Assembly: GCA_001662655.1 (NCBI GenBank) | Contig: KV460270.1 | Reading direction: 5' to 3' (one strand) | DNA length: 64,000 bases | DNA from: Pseudogymnoascus verrucosus | Lineage: Eukaryota | Part shown: piece by piece, positions 63,684 to 64,000 of the stretch | How positions within the stretch are numbered: the first letter of the stretch is position 1 | Layout: each line of letters starts with the position of its first letter | The notes under the pieces: generated by a model | Told to the model about the DNA's origin: nothing | Databases searched by the model: none | Seen by the model: the letters and a program-made list of their open reading frames with translations, nothing else | Translations under genes and position numbers: made by a program

Positions 63684-64000
63684 GGTCCTCTGCGCTTGCG
63701 CGTGAGTTCTGGTTTAGTCATTCCTTTGTTTTAAGTGGAGGTGAAGAGGTAATGTGGGGAAGAGATGCAAGGACGCGGCTTCTTCTTATGCTGGAAGGCT
63801 CTGCTGCATGGACCAGTTGGTTGCCGGAGCTGGATGGTTAGGGGGTCGCGTAACTGTAAGCCATCGATATATAACAACTATGAGCAATTTAATACATTCG
63901 TTTCTCTGCTCAACAATGATGGCCCATACTTTCGGAACAATGATGTGTGTAAGTAGATTTTAATTTTTGGAAGTAGTGTGGGGTTTAAATTGGTAGTAGT

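Overview
Gene-dense, intron-containing filamentous ascomycete DNA. Leotiomycete (Pseudogymnoascus-like) origin is an inference from gene style. No rRNA, tRNA, CRISPR array or intact transposon was recognised. About 25 protein genes are present, mostly conserved housekeeping genes and often in head-to-head pairs: Pex14/17-like, IES2, Ino2/Ino4-like bHLH, MMS22/Mus7, mitochondrial AAA ATPase, DUF4050, DUF726, GatF-like, SEC17, UTP7, TSR1, DES1, SCS2, UBA-ZnF-UBX, RAD52, SPF45, ECM33, MAG1, Van1/Anp1, QCR7, NDT1 and a CDT-2-like sugar porter. The most notable items are: (1) a hidden 3-exon PIGBOS1-like small membrane protein gene missing from the ORF track (19245-19697); (2) a decaying ~0.5-1 kb TATA-headed repeat family with ~5 copies in two clusters (42.2-43.5 kb on minus, 56.9-59.4 kb on plus); (3) a 12-copy CCTTAATT-N-AGGG array in the bHLH/MMS22 divergent promoter; (4) an apparently C-terminally truncated MMS22 next to an intronless ADP-ribosyltransferase-like orphan gene; (5) a recurring C-rich to G-rich skew switch within exons. 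Exon boundaries were read by eye from GT..branch..AG signals.
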